Shown one piece after another: positions 46,746 to 58,480 of a stretch of DNA of 64,000 nucleotides (the first letter of the stretch is position 1; each line of letters begins with the position of its first letter). The translations under genes and the position numbers were made by a program. The notes under the pieces were generated by a model. It saw only the letters and a program-made list of their open reading frames with translations, did not search any database and had not been told where the DNA came from. The stretch lies in contig NC_045707.1 of assembly GCF_009834535.1 (NCBI RefSeq), forward strand, positions 37,882,001 through 37,946,000. Reading direction: 5' to 3'. This DNA comes from Camelus ferus (taxonomy: Eukaryota).

Positions 46746-49289
46746 CAGCATGCGACTGCAGAGGCCCAATCGGCTGCACTCCTGAATGTGTCCCCATCCA
46801 GGCCTGGTCAACCTGGCACCTTGCCCACAGGAAGGTGAGGCCCCTCCCCTACCTTGTCCCCAGCGTGCTTCCTACAGGGAGGGCTGGTGCGTCCAGAGCA
46901 TCCCGCTGGACGTGAGCCGGGACCTTTTGCTCTGTTGCATCAGCGGCTGCCCGTAAATCGGCAGCCGGCTTGTTTTCTTTTTAGGCCCCAGTTGTAGCGA
47001 CCTTTGTGTGTCTGTTTATTTCAGAGAAATAATTCCATCCTGCAAAATTGATTCCCTGGGGGCTACAGAAGTACATTTGGAGGGACTTCTTTTACTGGGG
47101 TGACCCGAAATGTCCTCTTTCAAAAGAGGCTGCAGCTGTTCCTTTTCTCCCAAGCCCCATCTCACTTTGTCCCTCTGACATTGTCCTCTCAGACTTGTAT
47201 TTTGAAGGTCTCTCTGTAGGATTCTTACTTACACACATCTCTGTATGGCCTATTTGTTCATAATAATAGTTGTAAAAAGCAGCTTTGGAGCATACACTGT
47301 ATGTTGGGCACTAGTGGGCCCTGTATAGCGGTCTTCTGTATGTCTCGTTGCTTTTTGCCTTTCCTTGGCAGTGATGAGAGTAAACAAACCTGAAATCTGA
47401 GGATCTTTATCCCTGAATGGAGGAAGTTACAACTGTGCCATGAGATTTGCTGGGCTTATTGGAAGATGAGGTGTCCCAGGGACGGTAGAGGCCACCATGT
47501 TGGGGCAGTTGGCTGGGCTGGGATGGCGGTAGATTGTTGGCCAGCGGAACAGAGGGGTGTGGGAAAAGCAGAGAGCAGCCAACAGCCCTTAGTGGTCAAC
47601 CTGCCATGAACCTCCGTCAAGAAAATGGAGAATTCTGGTTAATCTGATGCGTTGGTTAAGTGGAGATATTAGTAAGTTATAGGGAACTCTAAATATGTTT
47701 TTCCAGGTAATTGAAGCTCCCCCATTTACAAACCGTCTTTAAAAAATCTACAGCCATTTCTTATGGAAATCTTTCTCCAGTGGACGCACACTTTCTTGCC
47801 TTCTTAAAACAAAGTACCTTGAAGGTAGTTAAACTTTTTCTTGACATCTTTCGGGAACTTATTTTGGAGTTTTCAAACCTGCTGTTTTATAGTTTGTCTA
47901 TCTGCTCCTACTCCAGCTTCCATTCCTTTTTGTGACCCTTTTAAATGATAACATTTTCTTTTCTCTATAGCATAAATAATGCATGCTCAATACTGGAAAC
48001 TCACAATACACAGAAAAGGTAAAGATGAAAGGTGAACTGAGTTGTCCTCCCTTGATTCTATCAGTGAGCCTATCTCCACGGCTTTCTAGTTCCACTTTTC
48101 CACTTCCCTACAGGTTTGTCACGACCAAGCTTATTAGCACTGTGTCAGCAGGGAAGCCTTGGGTGACCATCTTCAGGGGCTTGGTGGATGGATTCCATGC
48201 CATTTCTTGGGGTGGCTTTTCTAAGAGTTGATTTCTCTAACTCATACAGTCTTCACAGATGAGTGGGGCCTGACTGGTGAATCTAGGGAAGTTCCATTTT
48301 CTCATGTAACAGAGTGAGCCATTGTCGGGGGAGGGGGCCCGGCCAGGGTCACTTGATATGTGGCCGAGCTGGGTCTCTTGACTCAAGGTCCAGTGCTTTT
48401 CCCATTTTGCCCCATCTCACCTATGGTCTGATTGTGGCTTAAGGGATAAGTGGCTTTAGAATAAAGGAGCTATTGCTACATGTGGAAATCTAAAACCAGG
48501 AAAAAAACCTACTTTCACCTCAGTCATCTAGATTGCTCAAATGACAGGTGTTTTTAACTTCTTTTCTGAGGGAGGAAGAAGCAGAATGTGGCCCCCTCTC
48601 TCCGTCATACCAGACCCACCTCTCTTTTTGAATATCCATCTTGGATTAATACTGAAACGGACTCAGAAACACACTTGAAAGCAACTTACATTATTATCTG
48701 TACATAGCTTACATTTTATGACCTGCTTAAAGATGCAGTGAGCATCAGTCTTGGGGAGAACTGTCTTATTTACTTCTTCGTCTTTTCTGCAGATGGGATG
48801 CTTGCATCAGAGCCTGGCTGGCTTCAGATGTCGGCTCCAGGATATTTTAGCTGAACTGTATGAGTCCATTAAACAAATGTAAGAGCTTGGGGGAAAGGAG
48901 GGCTGTGTCTCAAACCAAATGTTTTACATAGAGAACATCTGGGGAATATTGGTATGTGTGTGGACAGTACATCAGAAAGCAGCTTGGCGGGGTTCGGCTG
49001 GGATGTTTCTGGCCTGCGGTTGCTGGATTTGACAGTTTTGTTGTGAGAGAATGGTTCTTATGAAGTGTTGCCATAAAGGCGGGCTGGGTCCAGGAAGGGG
49101 TGTCCTCGTTTAACTGCACGCTTGAGTTCTGATTCACTCCTCGGCCAGATTGTCCACGACATTTTAACAGTTCGATTTCTGAGCTCGTTTCCCCCAAGGC
49201 AGGAGCGACAGAGGAAGGGAGCGTCACGGTGCCAGGACTTGGGGTGCTTCTTCTCTACCCTGTGGTTCTATAGATTTGATGATTCTTGG

Positions 49290-49460
49290 AAACAGGAGTG
49301 GCCCAGCATTGGCCCCAGAATCCAGTTACCTGGGTTGGAACTTGAGGTGTTGCCTTTATGACCTGTGGGGACTTAGGTTGTTCCTTTCCTCAGTAGAAGT
49401 TTCCCTCTCCTACAAAATAAGTCCCCTGTCTCATGGGTGAGGAGAGTAAAATAAAGTGGG
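49290..49460 (+). mobile_element. MIR SINE
   Basis: CAGTTACCTGGGTTGGAAC...TATGACCTGTGGG...CCTCAGTAGAAGTTTCCCTCTCCTACAAAAT. Confidence 0.6.
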
Positions 49461-49872
49461 ATGGCATTGTATACGCGGTAGGGAGTCATATCCACACGAT
49501 GGTATTGCAACCATGGGTCCGTGGTCTCACCTGCAAGTACGCCATCAGTGTGGGCCAGAGTGGAATCGGGAATCTGACTTCAACAGCCTGTTGATACTGG
49601 CCCAGGTTGGTGGCAGTGGGTGGATGGGTGAGCATTCTTATAAAAATTACGACTCTTGAGATTCATCATGTTTGATTCAATTCAGCTCAACAAATACTTA
49701 TTGAATGTCTGCTATGGTACCAGACTCTTTCCTAGATGTTGGGGGACATGGGTGAGTGAGCCTGTTTGGGTTCCTGTCTCTGCTTGCTGTGCCTTGGTAT
49801 TGACCATGGATGACTCCTCCCCTTGTTAGATTATGTGCTGACTGTCGTTTGGGTGGGTGAACGATGACAGGT

Positions 49873-50240
49873 GTGTTACTGTGCTCAGGCTGCCATAACA
49901 GTACCACTGCCTGGGGCTGAAACAGCAAAAATTAATTTTCTCACAGCCCTGGAGGCTGGAAGTCCAAGATCAGGTGCTGGGAGGGTTGGTTTCTGGCGAG
50001 ACCTCCCTTCCTGGCTGCAGCTTCTCCCTATGTCCTCACATGGCCTTTCCTCAGTGAGCACAGGCTCCTGATGGCTCTTCCTCTAAGGACGCCAGTCCTG
50101 TTGGATCAGGACTCTCTACCCTTTTGACCTCATTTAACCTTAGTGACCTCATTAAAGGCCCTGTCTCCAAATACAGTCACATTGGAGGTTAGGGCTTGAA
50201 CATGTGAATTTGGAGGGGGACACAATTCAGTTTATAACAA
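49873..50240 (-). mobile_element. MLT1A/A0-like MaLR solo LTR, antisense to NUAK1
   Basis: GCTCAGGCTGCCATAACA...GGAGGCTGGAAGTCCAAGATCAGG...AAAGGCCCTGTCTCCAAATACAGTCACATTGGAGGTTAGGGC...ACACAATTCAGTTTATAACA. Confidence 0.9.
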
Positions 50241-50554
50241 CAGGTAAATATTTTACAGGTGCAAACATTATTTGGCAGAGAATATAGCTAGACTTCCTGT
50301 ATCTTTCTTGCAAGATAGGTCAGAATGAGCTGACTGAACCCCCAATCAGCCAGAAAAAAAGGACAACACTCCACAATAATTTACTATGGCTTTGTTGGTG
50401 TGTGGAGGGAAATTATTGTAAAAATTACATCTGGGTGGGTCCTGACATGGTGTTTCGACTAGTACCAGTCAAGTGAAATAGTCATAGGCCCATCTCATGG
50501 AGGAGATGACAGAGTGGAAGGCACATGATGTGAGTGGGCAAAAGGGACAGGGAA

Positions 50555-50670
50555 GGGGAGGGCATAGCTCAGTGACAGAGCATGTGCCCAGCAAGCACGA
50601 GGTTCAATCCCCAGTGCCTTCATTAAAAAAAAAAAAAATACAACCTAATTACCTCCCCTATCCCCCCGAA
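50555..50670 (+). mobile_element. tRNA-Ala-derived SINE (Vic-1-like), B box partly deleted
   Basis: GGGGAGGGCATAGCTCAGTGACAGAGCATGTGCCCAGCAAGCACGAGGTTCAATCCCCAGTGCC, then an A-run and AACCTAATTACCTCCCC, the same tail as the 25889 copy. Confidence 0.88.
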
Positions 50671-50722
50671 GTGTACAGTGCTGTATGTCAATTATATCTC
50701 AATAAAACTGGAAGGAAAAAAA
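50671..50722 (+). mobile_element. Terminal ~50 bp of an L1 3' end, directly abutting the SINE
   Basis: TGTACAGTGCTGTATGTCAATTATATCTCAATAAAACTGGAAGGAAAAAAA. Confidence 0.8.
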
Positions 50723-51514
50723 TGGAAAAACAATAGTGACAGGGGAGACTCTCTCCTGGCTCTTGTCAGGGATGGGAAGATTAATACTCTGAGCAAAGTG
50801 GGGCTCAATTCTGGTCTTAGGAGCGTGAGTGAGTCTCAGGGGTGGAAGTGGGAGAGTGATACACAGAAGGACTTCTCAGCAGTTTTTGTCTGCGATCTCA
50901 CAAAAGACCACTTTGCTGGGGGGCATCTCAGAGTCCTAGAAAGAACATCTCCTTGGCTAAGCTCTAGGTCATGCGTCTACCCATTGGCATAGGGAAGGTG
51001 AAGTACCTTGACTGACAGTCCCTGTAAAACTGCATCAGTGGGGAAGGCGTGGTGCCCGGAGCAGAGTCAGGGTGCTCCTAACTAGTAGAAGTGTGCATGG
51101 GTACAGGGCAGGGAGGAGCCCGCCTGTCCACTGCCCTCTCCAGTGGGATTGTAAGCAACTTGAAGGGTAGGTCCGTGTTCTGCAGGACCCAGATCAGCAC
51201 TTCATGCAGAGCAGATTTCCTATCATTTTAGGGATATGCTTCCCAGACCCTCCCGCCCTATTCTGTTGTTTGGCTAACTGCACTGGCTGACCCCACAGAT
51301 AGCAGCAAGGAATGCCAGTGGATGGGCTTTTGAAGATGGGAGTGACTTAAACAAAAAAAACTTAGGGTGGGGACGAGGCAGTATGGCTTTGGTGGGGCCT
51401 GGATCTCTAGAGATTCTGATTCAGCTTTTTTTTCCCCTCCTAATCAGACATCCACCAAATGCCAGGCACTGTGCTACTCGCTTTGTCAGGGTTGGTCCAG
51501 AGCTTCAGAGTCTT

Positions 51515-51725
51515 TGGGTTTAGCGAGACCCAGCTCTGCTACTCATTAGCTGTGTGCCCTAGGGCCAGTTACTTAACCTCCTCAGACTCAGTTTAAATTC
51601 ACTGAGAAAGCAGAAATAAGAATGTTTTAGCAAGAATTTAATGAGTGAGCAGTTGAGAGGTTTAACAGGATGGTGCCCAGTGCCTGGCCCAGAGTAAGGG
51701 CTTGATAACTGGTCATTATTATGAT
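51515..51725 (+). mobile_element. MIR SINE
   Basis: CCCAGCTCTGCTACTCATTAGCTGTGTGCCCTAGGGCCAGTTACTTAACCTCCTCAG. Confidence 0.8.
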
Positions 51726-54639
51726 AACTCTTGTCGTGAACGATCTCCTGGCCCTTCTGTGGTGGGCGCTGTTATGACACCATTTTAAAGATAAGCAAGT
51801 TCAGGCTCAGTGATTTGGGGACAAGTAGAGATTCATTGCTTGAGAGATTAGCAAGTTAAAAGAAGGCTCAGTGGCAGGGGTGGCTGGGGCTCAGGTTAGG
51901 TGGAATAAGATGTCCTATTATTGTTTTCTGGTCTTATAAAGGTCCTTTTTAGTACTTGGGGTCCATTTCAGCAACAGCTTTTTGGCATGTACAAAACATC
52001 AGTCACCTGCTAGGCACTGGAGATGCTGCAGTGAACAAAGCAGAAATGGTCTCTGAGTGAAGGAAGCCTCTAAGAAACTGGCAAGGAGGTTATGAAAGAG
52101 GACCTATGTGTGCGATAAGGGGGCTCATTGCAGGGGTTGGATGCAGAGGAGGTGGTCGGCTGGGGACGTTAGTTGCAAACAGTAGGGTGTGGAGGGCTCC
52201 TGGCTGAGAAAATGGCAGACACAAACGTCCAGGGGCACGAACGCACCCAGCCTGCTCCTTGGGTCCCAGTAATGACCACAGACCCCAGCCCCAATCTCCT
52301 CATGACAGGTGTTAGGTAAGGCTCATGGAGGCAACCTGCCTGATGGGGTGGCAGGAACTTCCCTCCCAGGACTGACATGCTCCTTGAGGGTCAGGCTGTC
52401 ACTGCTGGGTGGGGGCTGTGCATTTGTAGCCAGAGGTGCTGCTGTGACAGTGTCCCTGGCAGGTTTGTGGGGAGGTCATTAGTGGGCTGAACAAGCATCC
52501 AGATGAATTGTGCAGAGGGGCTGAGGAACAGGGACCAGCCTGTTAATTCTCTGGGTAATGGACAATGAAAGCTTCCCCTGGAAGGGAGAAGCTGCTGCTT
52601 GTGAGGAGATGATGGATGAGACCTCAGCGGGAATGCAGCCCAGGGCTATTGTCCCTTCCCCGTCTGGTGTGTCTGTGCACACCTTAATGGCTATTAATCA
52701 GTTTCCTGACTGAAAGGGATTCTGTCAGCGTAAAAGTAACTTTTGAAGAATTTTCTTTCTCTTATCTATAAAATCACCCACGGTAAAAATGTGAAATAAA
52801 ATTTAAAGCAATGCCCTTAAATTTTTGTGCGTGTTATATGTATTTTACATCTTAAGAAATTAAAAACTTTGTCTTTCCTTTGTTCTGCTCACCTGCATCA
52901 ACTGAACTCAGTTGACTGATTTCCTTTCCCTTTGGAAAACTAATTTTGTTTCTTAGTGCTTTTGTGTCCCTTATTCATTGTTCTCAAGGTCAGTGATTCA
53001 GTGGCAGCCTGAAGTTAATATTTAAAAGCAATGTTTTCAGTGAATTAAGAAACAAAGGGATAAGAACCTCCTGGGTGTTCCTATTCACGTGTGATATCAA
53101 ATCAGGTTTCAGATATTGGAATAAGGTTTGGACTGAATTGGACTGAAAAACAGTGTCCCCAGAGTGTCTGTGTAAAGACAGTTCCCTGGCCTTAGATGGA
53201 AATGAAATAATTCATGCTGTGAAACGGGTCCTAATTTGCCAGCACACTTAGGAGTAGCTGTCACTCCCCATCTTGGTTTATTAATAATGCAACAGTTCTG
53301 GGGACTTTGCTGCACTGGTGCCTGCCTTCCGTGTAAGTGTTAACTGTCCCCTCCCCCCTAGCAGTTTCAGTCCTGTTGCTAGCTGTGGTTTGGAATTTGG
53401 TTAGAAATCCTTGCCCAGGGTATAACACATCCCAGACTGGAGTGGGACTCAGGACTCCTGCTGCAATTCTAGTGCTGCTGTTAACTTCATGAACTCAGGC
53501 CTGCACTTTAACCTCTCTGGGACTGGGTTTCCACATCTGTAAGATGAGGAGGTTGGCGTAGGACATTCTGGGGTCCTTGCAGCTCTGACATCTGCTGGTG
53601 ACAGTGATGCTGATGATGCCTTCTCCGCCCTTCCCCATATACACAGTCTGTGTGATCCCCACTGCGACCTTGTGGGGTTGCTACTCTTGTCATCCTCATT
53701 TGCAGACGAGGACGTTGAGGCTGTGACGTGCTTGCCCGAGTACCTCCCCGTGCCGGGGGAGCCAGCGCCAAGGTGCTGAGGGTGGCTTTCTGAGCAGTTC
53801 TGGCTGGGGCTTGGCTGGGCTTGGAAGTTGATAAATCAGGCTGCACAACCCTAAGCTTATCCAAGCTGTGGTATAAACAAGCGTCAGAGCGACCAGATGC
53901 TGCCACCTGAGGCCGTCCAACTTACAAGCAGCCTCAGCCCCCTGGTCTGTCCCCTTTCTCCCCAGGACGGTTGTAACCTGGAGGAAAAGCGCTTGCACTT
54001 TAGGTTTCTGAGCAGGTATTGCATCTGGCTTTCGAGAATGTGAGAGTCCAGAAAGAAACCCTTGCTGGGCCATCCGAGTCCCAGCTGAACGAGCTTTGCA
54101 TTTTCTGTCTTTGTGACTCCGGCCGAGTAGCATCTCTTGGGCTACCAGCGGCCTTTTCCTGTCAAGGGCCTTGGGATTGGCTATTAGAGATTTCAAGGAT
54201 CCAGGTAAGAGGAGGCTCCTTGCAGCCTCACCCAGACCCCCTCTCACAGTGCAGGCAGGACGTGGGCTCCAGAGCTTATTTCTCTCCTCTTCCAGAGACC
54301 TTCACTTTTACCAGGCATGGGAGCCCCAGGTTGCCTGCGGAGCGTGGAGTAACCCATAAGCAGCCAGCTTCTGTGACCTCAAGGCATCCATGGGCCTGCC
54401 TCAGGCTAGGACAAGCCAAATGTCCCCTGGGAACAAACCTTTTGTTTTCCAGGTGCAGATTATCCAGGTCACTGGGTCCCCTCAAGGAAGTAGTTTGTTT
54501 TAATTTCCCCTCTTCATAGATGGGCAGTTCATTAATTTTCATTAATCACCTAGCATTTAGTATGACTGCCTAATATTTAAGTTACAGAATATGTGCCATC
54601 ACAGCCACACTGACTCTGCTTTCAGGTGACAGTCCTCGA

Positions 54640-54800
54640 ATTTCAGAGTGTAGCAGAATCACCTGGGAAGGTGGTAAAAAAGATTCTGGGGCGGGCCCTG
54701 GAATCTGCATTTTGACAATCAGCATTCCCCCTTCCTCCCCAGCTAGGGTATCTCACGCAGGTGGCACACTGACCGGCCTTTGGCAAAGTGCTCTCTCCTT
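54640..54800. mobile_element. MER5A fragment
   Basis: GCAGAATCACCTGGGAAGG...GGCCCTGGAATCTGCATTTTGACAA. Confidence 0.7.
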
Positions 54801-56224
54801 GAGTCTGACTGCACACTCAGGGCGGGTTTGCGGCTTGCTTTGTTGTGGCCACTGGCATGAACTTTCCATTGGCCCTTTCTTTCCCATTCTTTTGGTTCTT
54901 GCCCGGTCAGCTGTGGCCACTATCTCCTGTTTACAACTGCACTACTGTACAGAGAATGTAAATCTGCCTGTGATTTCTTAGTCATTAATTCCACTTCCCC
55001 TGTGGCACCGCCATGGGCAGTAATGACAGTCTTCACTCAGCCCTTGAAGAGGCGTGGGTGCGGGACAAGGAATGACTGTACATGTAGATAACAACTTCCC
55101 AGGCCTCTCTGAGGTCCTCTGAAGCGGGCCCTGGCCCAAATAAAAATCTGATTTGCTATTTAAATTCTGGAAATAAAACACATTTTTACATGGCAAGAGA
55201 AAAGAAAATTGGTATCATCTGAGGAAACACCATCTTTCACGGGGAGTTTTGGGAAATTGAGGATTGAGAGCTGAGTTAACAGGATTGTATTTTCTGAACC
55301 TCTTACAAGATGGTAGGATGCTGTTCTTTGAAGAAAAAGCTCTTTCTTACGCATGCCGTGCTTCCTGGCATCGAGGTGCCTCTCCTCAGAGCCTGTTGAT
55401 ACAATTCCTGGCTTCCAACCTGCTTCTGTCTGAAAAAACACCCCTGTATTGACAAGAATCAGCAGGCTGGAGAGGAAGAGGCCCACGGGCCTCACGGCAG
55501 AGCTGGCTTGGGTCCCTGTGGGGCTCGTTACATCGCGGCAACTTGCTAGAATGTTGTCCTGAGTTGGCCAGACTCCTCACAAAGAGCTGGGGGTCATTTA
55601 ACAGATTAGGGGCTTTGGCTGCAAGGCGGTCTCCTGGCTGGCATCACCGTGGTGGTGGCCGGGTACAGCCTTTCTGAGTGAAAGCCTTTTGGTGGTCCTG
55701 GGGAGCTTTAGACCTGTGGGGCCCATTTGGAGCTGTGCCTTGCCTCGCTTGAACTCTGACTGTCAACCAACCAGACAAGAGCAGGAACCCTTACACTGGC
55801 TTCCATCTTGACTTGGCTAACCATTCCCACTGCAAGTGGCCTCCGGGCCCATCGGTTAAGAAAAGATCCCTGAGCCGCCTCTGACTCAGTGCCCTGCAGC
55901 TCCCGTGGAACGTGGCGGGGTGTGAGATCACACCTTGTGAATGGCGGGGAAGCTGCCAGCTCCTGTTGAAAGCCGGGATTAGAACGCAGACTTGTTCTCA
56001 CTAAGTGATGCTAATGCTGTGTTTATGGCCCTGTTTCTTCCCTGCTGCTCAGTCCCCCAGTCCTGCCTTCTGGGACTCACATATGACCCTGTAAATGACT
56101 CATCTGCTGGGAGGAGGCCTGTCGCACTGGGCTTTGGAGACTGTTTGGGATCCTTTGAGAGATTCTGTCACCTGCCATGTTTGCTGTCCCTCCCACTGTA
56201 ATCCGTGGCCTCAAGAATCAGTAG

Positions 56225-56400
56225 CCTCTAGGCTTAGCCCACCTGGGTTCAAGTCCTGGCTCCATCTTTTACAAGCTATGTGACTTTGGGCAGTATTTAC
56301 CTTCTTGGTGCCCCTGTGCAATGGAGTTGTAGTTAGGAGTAAATGAGATAAGGTCCACTGGCACCTGGTTAACACATAATGCATATTTGCTACTGTTATT
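56225..56400 (+). mobile_element. MIR SINE
   Basis: CCTGGGTTCAAGTCCTGGCTCCATC...GCTATGTGACTTTGGGCAG...GGAGTAAATGAGATAA. Confidence 0.85.
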
Positions 56401-56462
56401 AAGAATATCGCTGCTGCTGTAAAAATGTTGGTATGTCAGGGCCAAAGACAGAGCGCTAAGAT

Positions 56463-56625
56463 CTTGCTGCTCAAAGTATGGTCCCTGGACTGACATCCTC
56501 GGCGTCACTTGGGAGCTTGCTAGAAAGCCAGAGTCCCAGGCCCCACCTGAGACTTTTGGATTCAGAATCTTCATTTTGGCAAGACACTCAGGACCCCTTT
56601 GAGAGGCACTCACTGTTCTGGAACC
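56463..56625. mobile_element. MER5A/B
   Basis: CTGCTCAAAGTATGGTCCCTGGAC...TCACTTGGGAGCTTGCTAGAAAG...TCCCAGGCCCCACC...TCAGAATCT. Confidence 0.8.
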
Positions 56626-56959
56626 CTCTCTTCAGGCTGACGTATGTCAATAAATGAGTATCATGGGAGGTGGCTGTGGAGGGAAGAGGGCAGTGATTCA
56701 CTTGGTTGGATCCTCACATACACACAGTCTGCCTGGAATTTCCCCCACTCCCCAAAGCAGGCCAGGCAGGGCCCGCTCTGTGTAGGCATGAAGGCTGGAT
56801 ATTAATTTTAACCTGCTCTTGCTTCTGTGTAAATGCCAGGAAAGGGAGCATGTGTGGAAGGAATGGGGTGGGGGGAGAGGCCTATGGGATGATGTGCTGT
56901 GGACTCATCACCCCCTTAAATGTGGCCGAGGACCCTTTGACGGGCCTTGTTATAGTCAC

Positions 56960-57080
56960 CGTGTAATAGTTTTCCCTCCTTACAACGGTCCAAGAGTTAG
57001 GACTTGTTGACCCCACTTTACAGATGGGGAAACTGAGACCTGTGTGGTTCAGGCTTGCTTGAGGTCACCCTGCCAGCAAA
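56960..57080 (-). mobile_element. MIR SINE
   Basis: CCCCACTTTACAGATGGGGAAACTGAGACC. Confidence 0.8.
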
Positions 57081-58279
57081 AGCGTGCACTTTCATCATAC
57101 TGCTTTGTTCCCCATAACCCTGCCCAGATCCCTGAGCTATCAGCACTCACACTGTGAAAAGGACACCCAGAAGGCTGCAGAGCAGGTGTTTTTTTGTGAT
57201 TATTCACAAAAGGAAAAACCACCACCACAGAAGAGAAGGCTGGGCCTCTTATATTTCACAAGGAGTAGGAATTGGCTGGGCTATTTGCCTCTTAAACAGG
57301 CAGGCACCGCAGGGCAGAATTCGCAGATCCACAGCCAGACCTGCTGCTGCATAAGGTTTAATCATTAAACGATAGGGTGGCCTTATTTAAAAGCAGACCA
57401 TTTTATAAGGCACACGGTGCCGTCTAGACTTAGGAACACGTATGGAAGTGGCTGTGCAGCATGCTGGGCTCAGACACCTGAGTTCCCAGCTTCAGTCATT
57501 TTGAAGGCAGAGTGGAACCTCTCTGACTCGTGCAAGAACAAGTTAGACCCGTTTTGTTTTTTTTTGAGGGTATCTGATTTCAGACATTTGGTAATCCCTT
57601 CCTGATGGGTCCTTTCCTTCCCTCTTTCTTTGTAGATGTAGGTGAGGGCTGAGGAAAACTGGAGAGGAGGTTTTCTCCACGATACTGGGCATCTCTGTGT
57701 GTTTCTTTGGTAGCCTTTGGCCACAAGGGCAAGGATGTAATTATTTGTGTAATTTTTGCTTCTTGTCCTTGTCCTCTCATTTCTGCCCCCACCTTGATGT
57801 CTGGTGCAGGATCATGTTGGATCATGCCATCCCGGCCCTGTGATTAGTACCTGGTGGGAGCTCTAAAGGATTCAGTGTATGAACGAACAGTCAAAATCCA
57901 GAAAGGCTGAAGTGGGTATCTTGAGTCAGAATTTTGTTTCTAAGTGGGAACGTTTGATCCCCTGTTCACCTGACAACCATCAGAGGCAGGAGGGGGAAAA
58001 TGGTCCTGAAGTTGCTTTTGGAGTTCCATTTGTTCATCCTCCTGTCTGGTCTCAGAATCAGGAGCCCTAATGCTCATGTGGGCCCCAGCTGCTCAGAGTT
58101 TCCTGACATTTCCGATGCGAGTACAATTTAGACCCTGGAGAGAGATTCTCCTGCCCTTTATGTCGTTGGGGGACAAATGTGGTCTCCATCAGGAGGAACT
58201 CAAGTGTGTTCCCAGGATGGAGGGAGGGAAGGAAAGCCCTATTTATGGGGTATTCTCTCTGGGTGAAACATTCTGACAT

Positions 58280-58480
58280 TTATTGAGCACTTATCCTGGG
58301 CCTGGCATGTTCTAAGCCATTTAATCTTCCCTGGGACCCGTGAGGCAGGTACTGTATTTCCCTACTTGACAGATGAGGAAACTGGAGCACAGGGAGGTTA
58401 TGCAACCTGCCCAAGGTGGCACAGCTGCTGAGTGGCGTTAGCCAGGACTCACAGCCATGTCCTTAACCATCATGCCACTC
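58280..58480 (-). mobile_element. MIR SINE
   Basis: TTGACAGATGAGGAAACTGGAGCACAGGGAGGTTATGCAACCTGCCCAAGGTGGCACAGC. Confidence 0.88.

Noticed and set aside
53508-54542. Cluster of 130-180-aa ORFs on both strands
   Set aside because: Mutually overlapping in a GC-richer patch, non-ATG or weak starts, no homology recognised.
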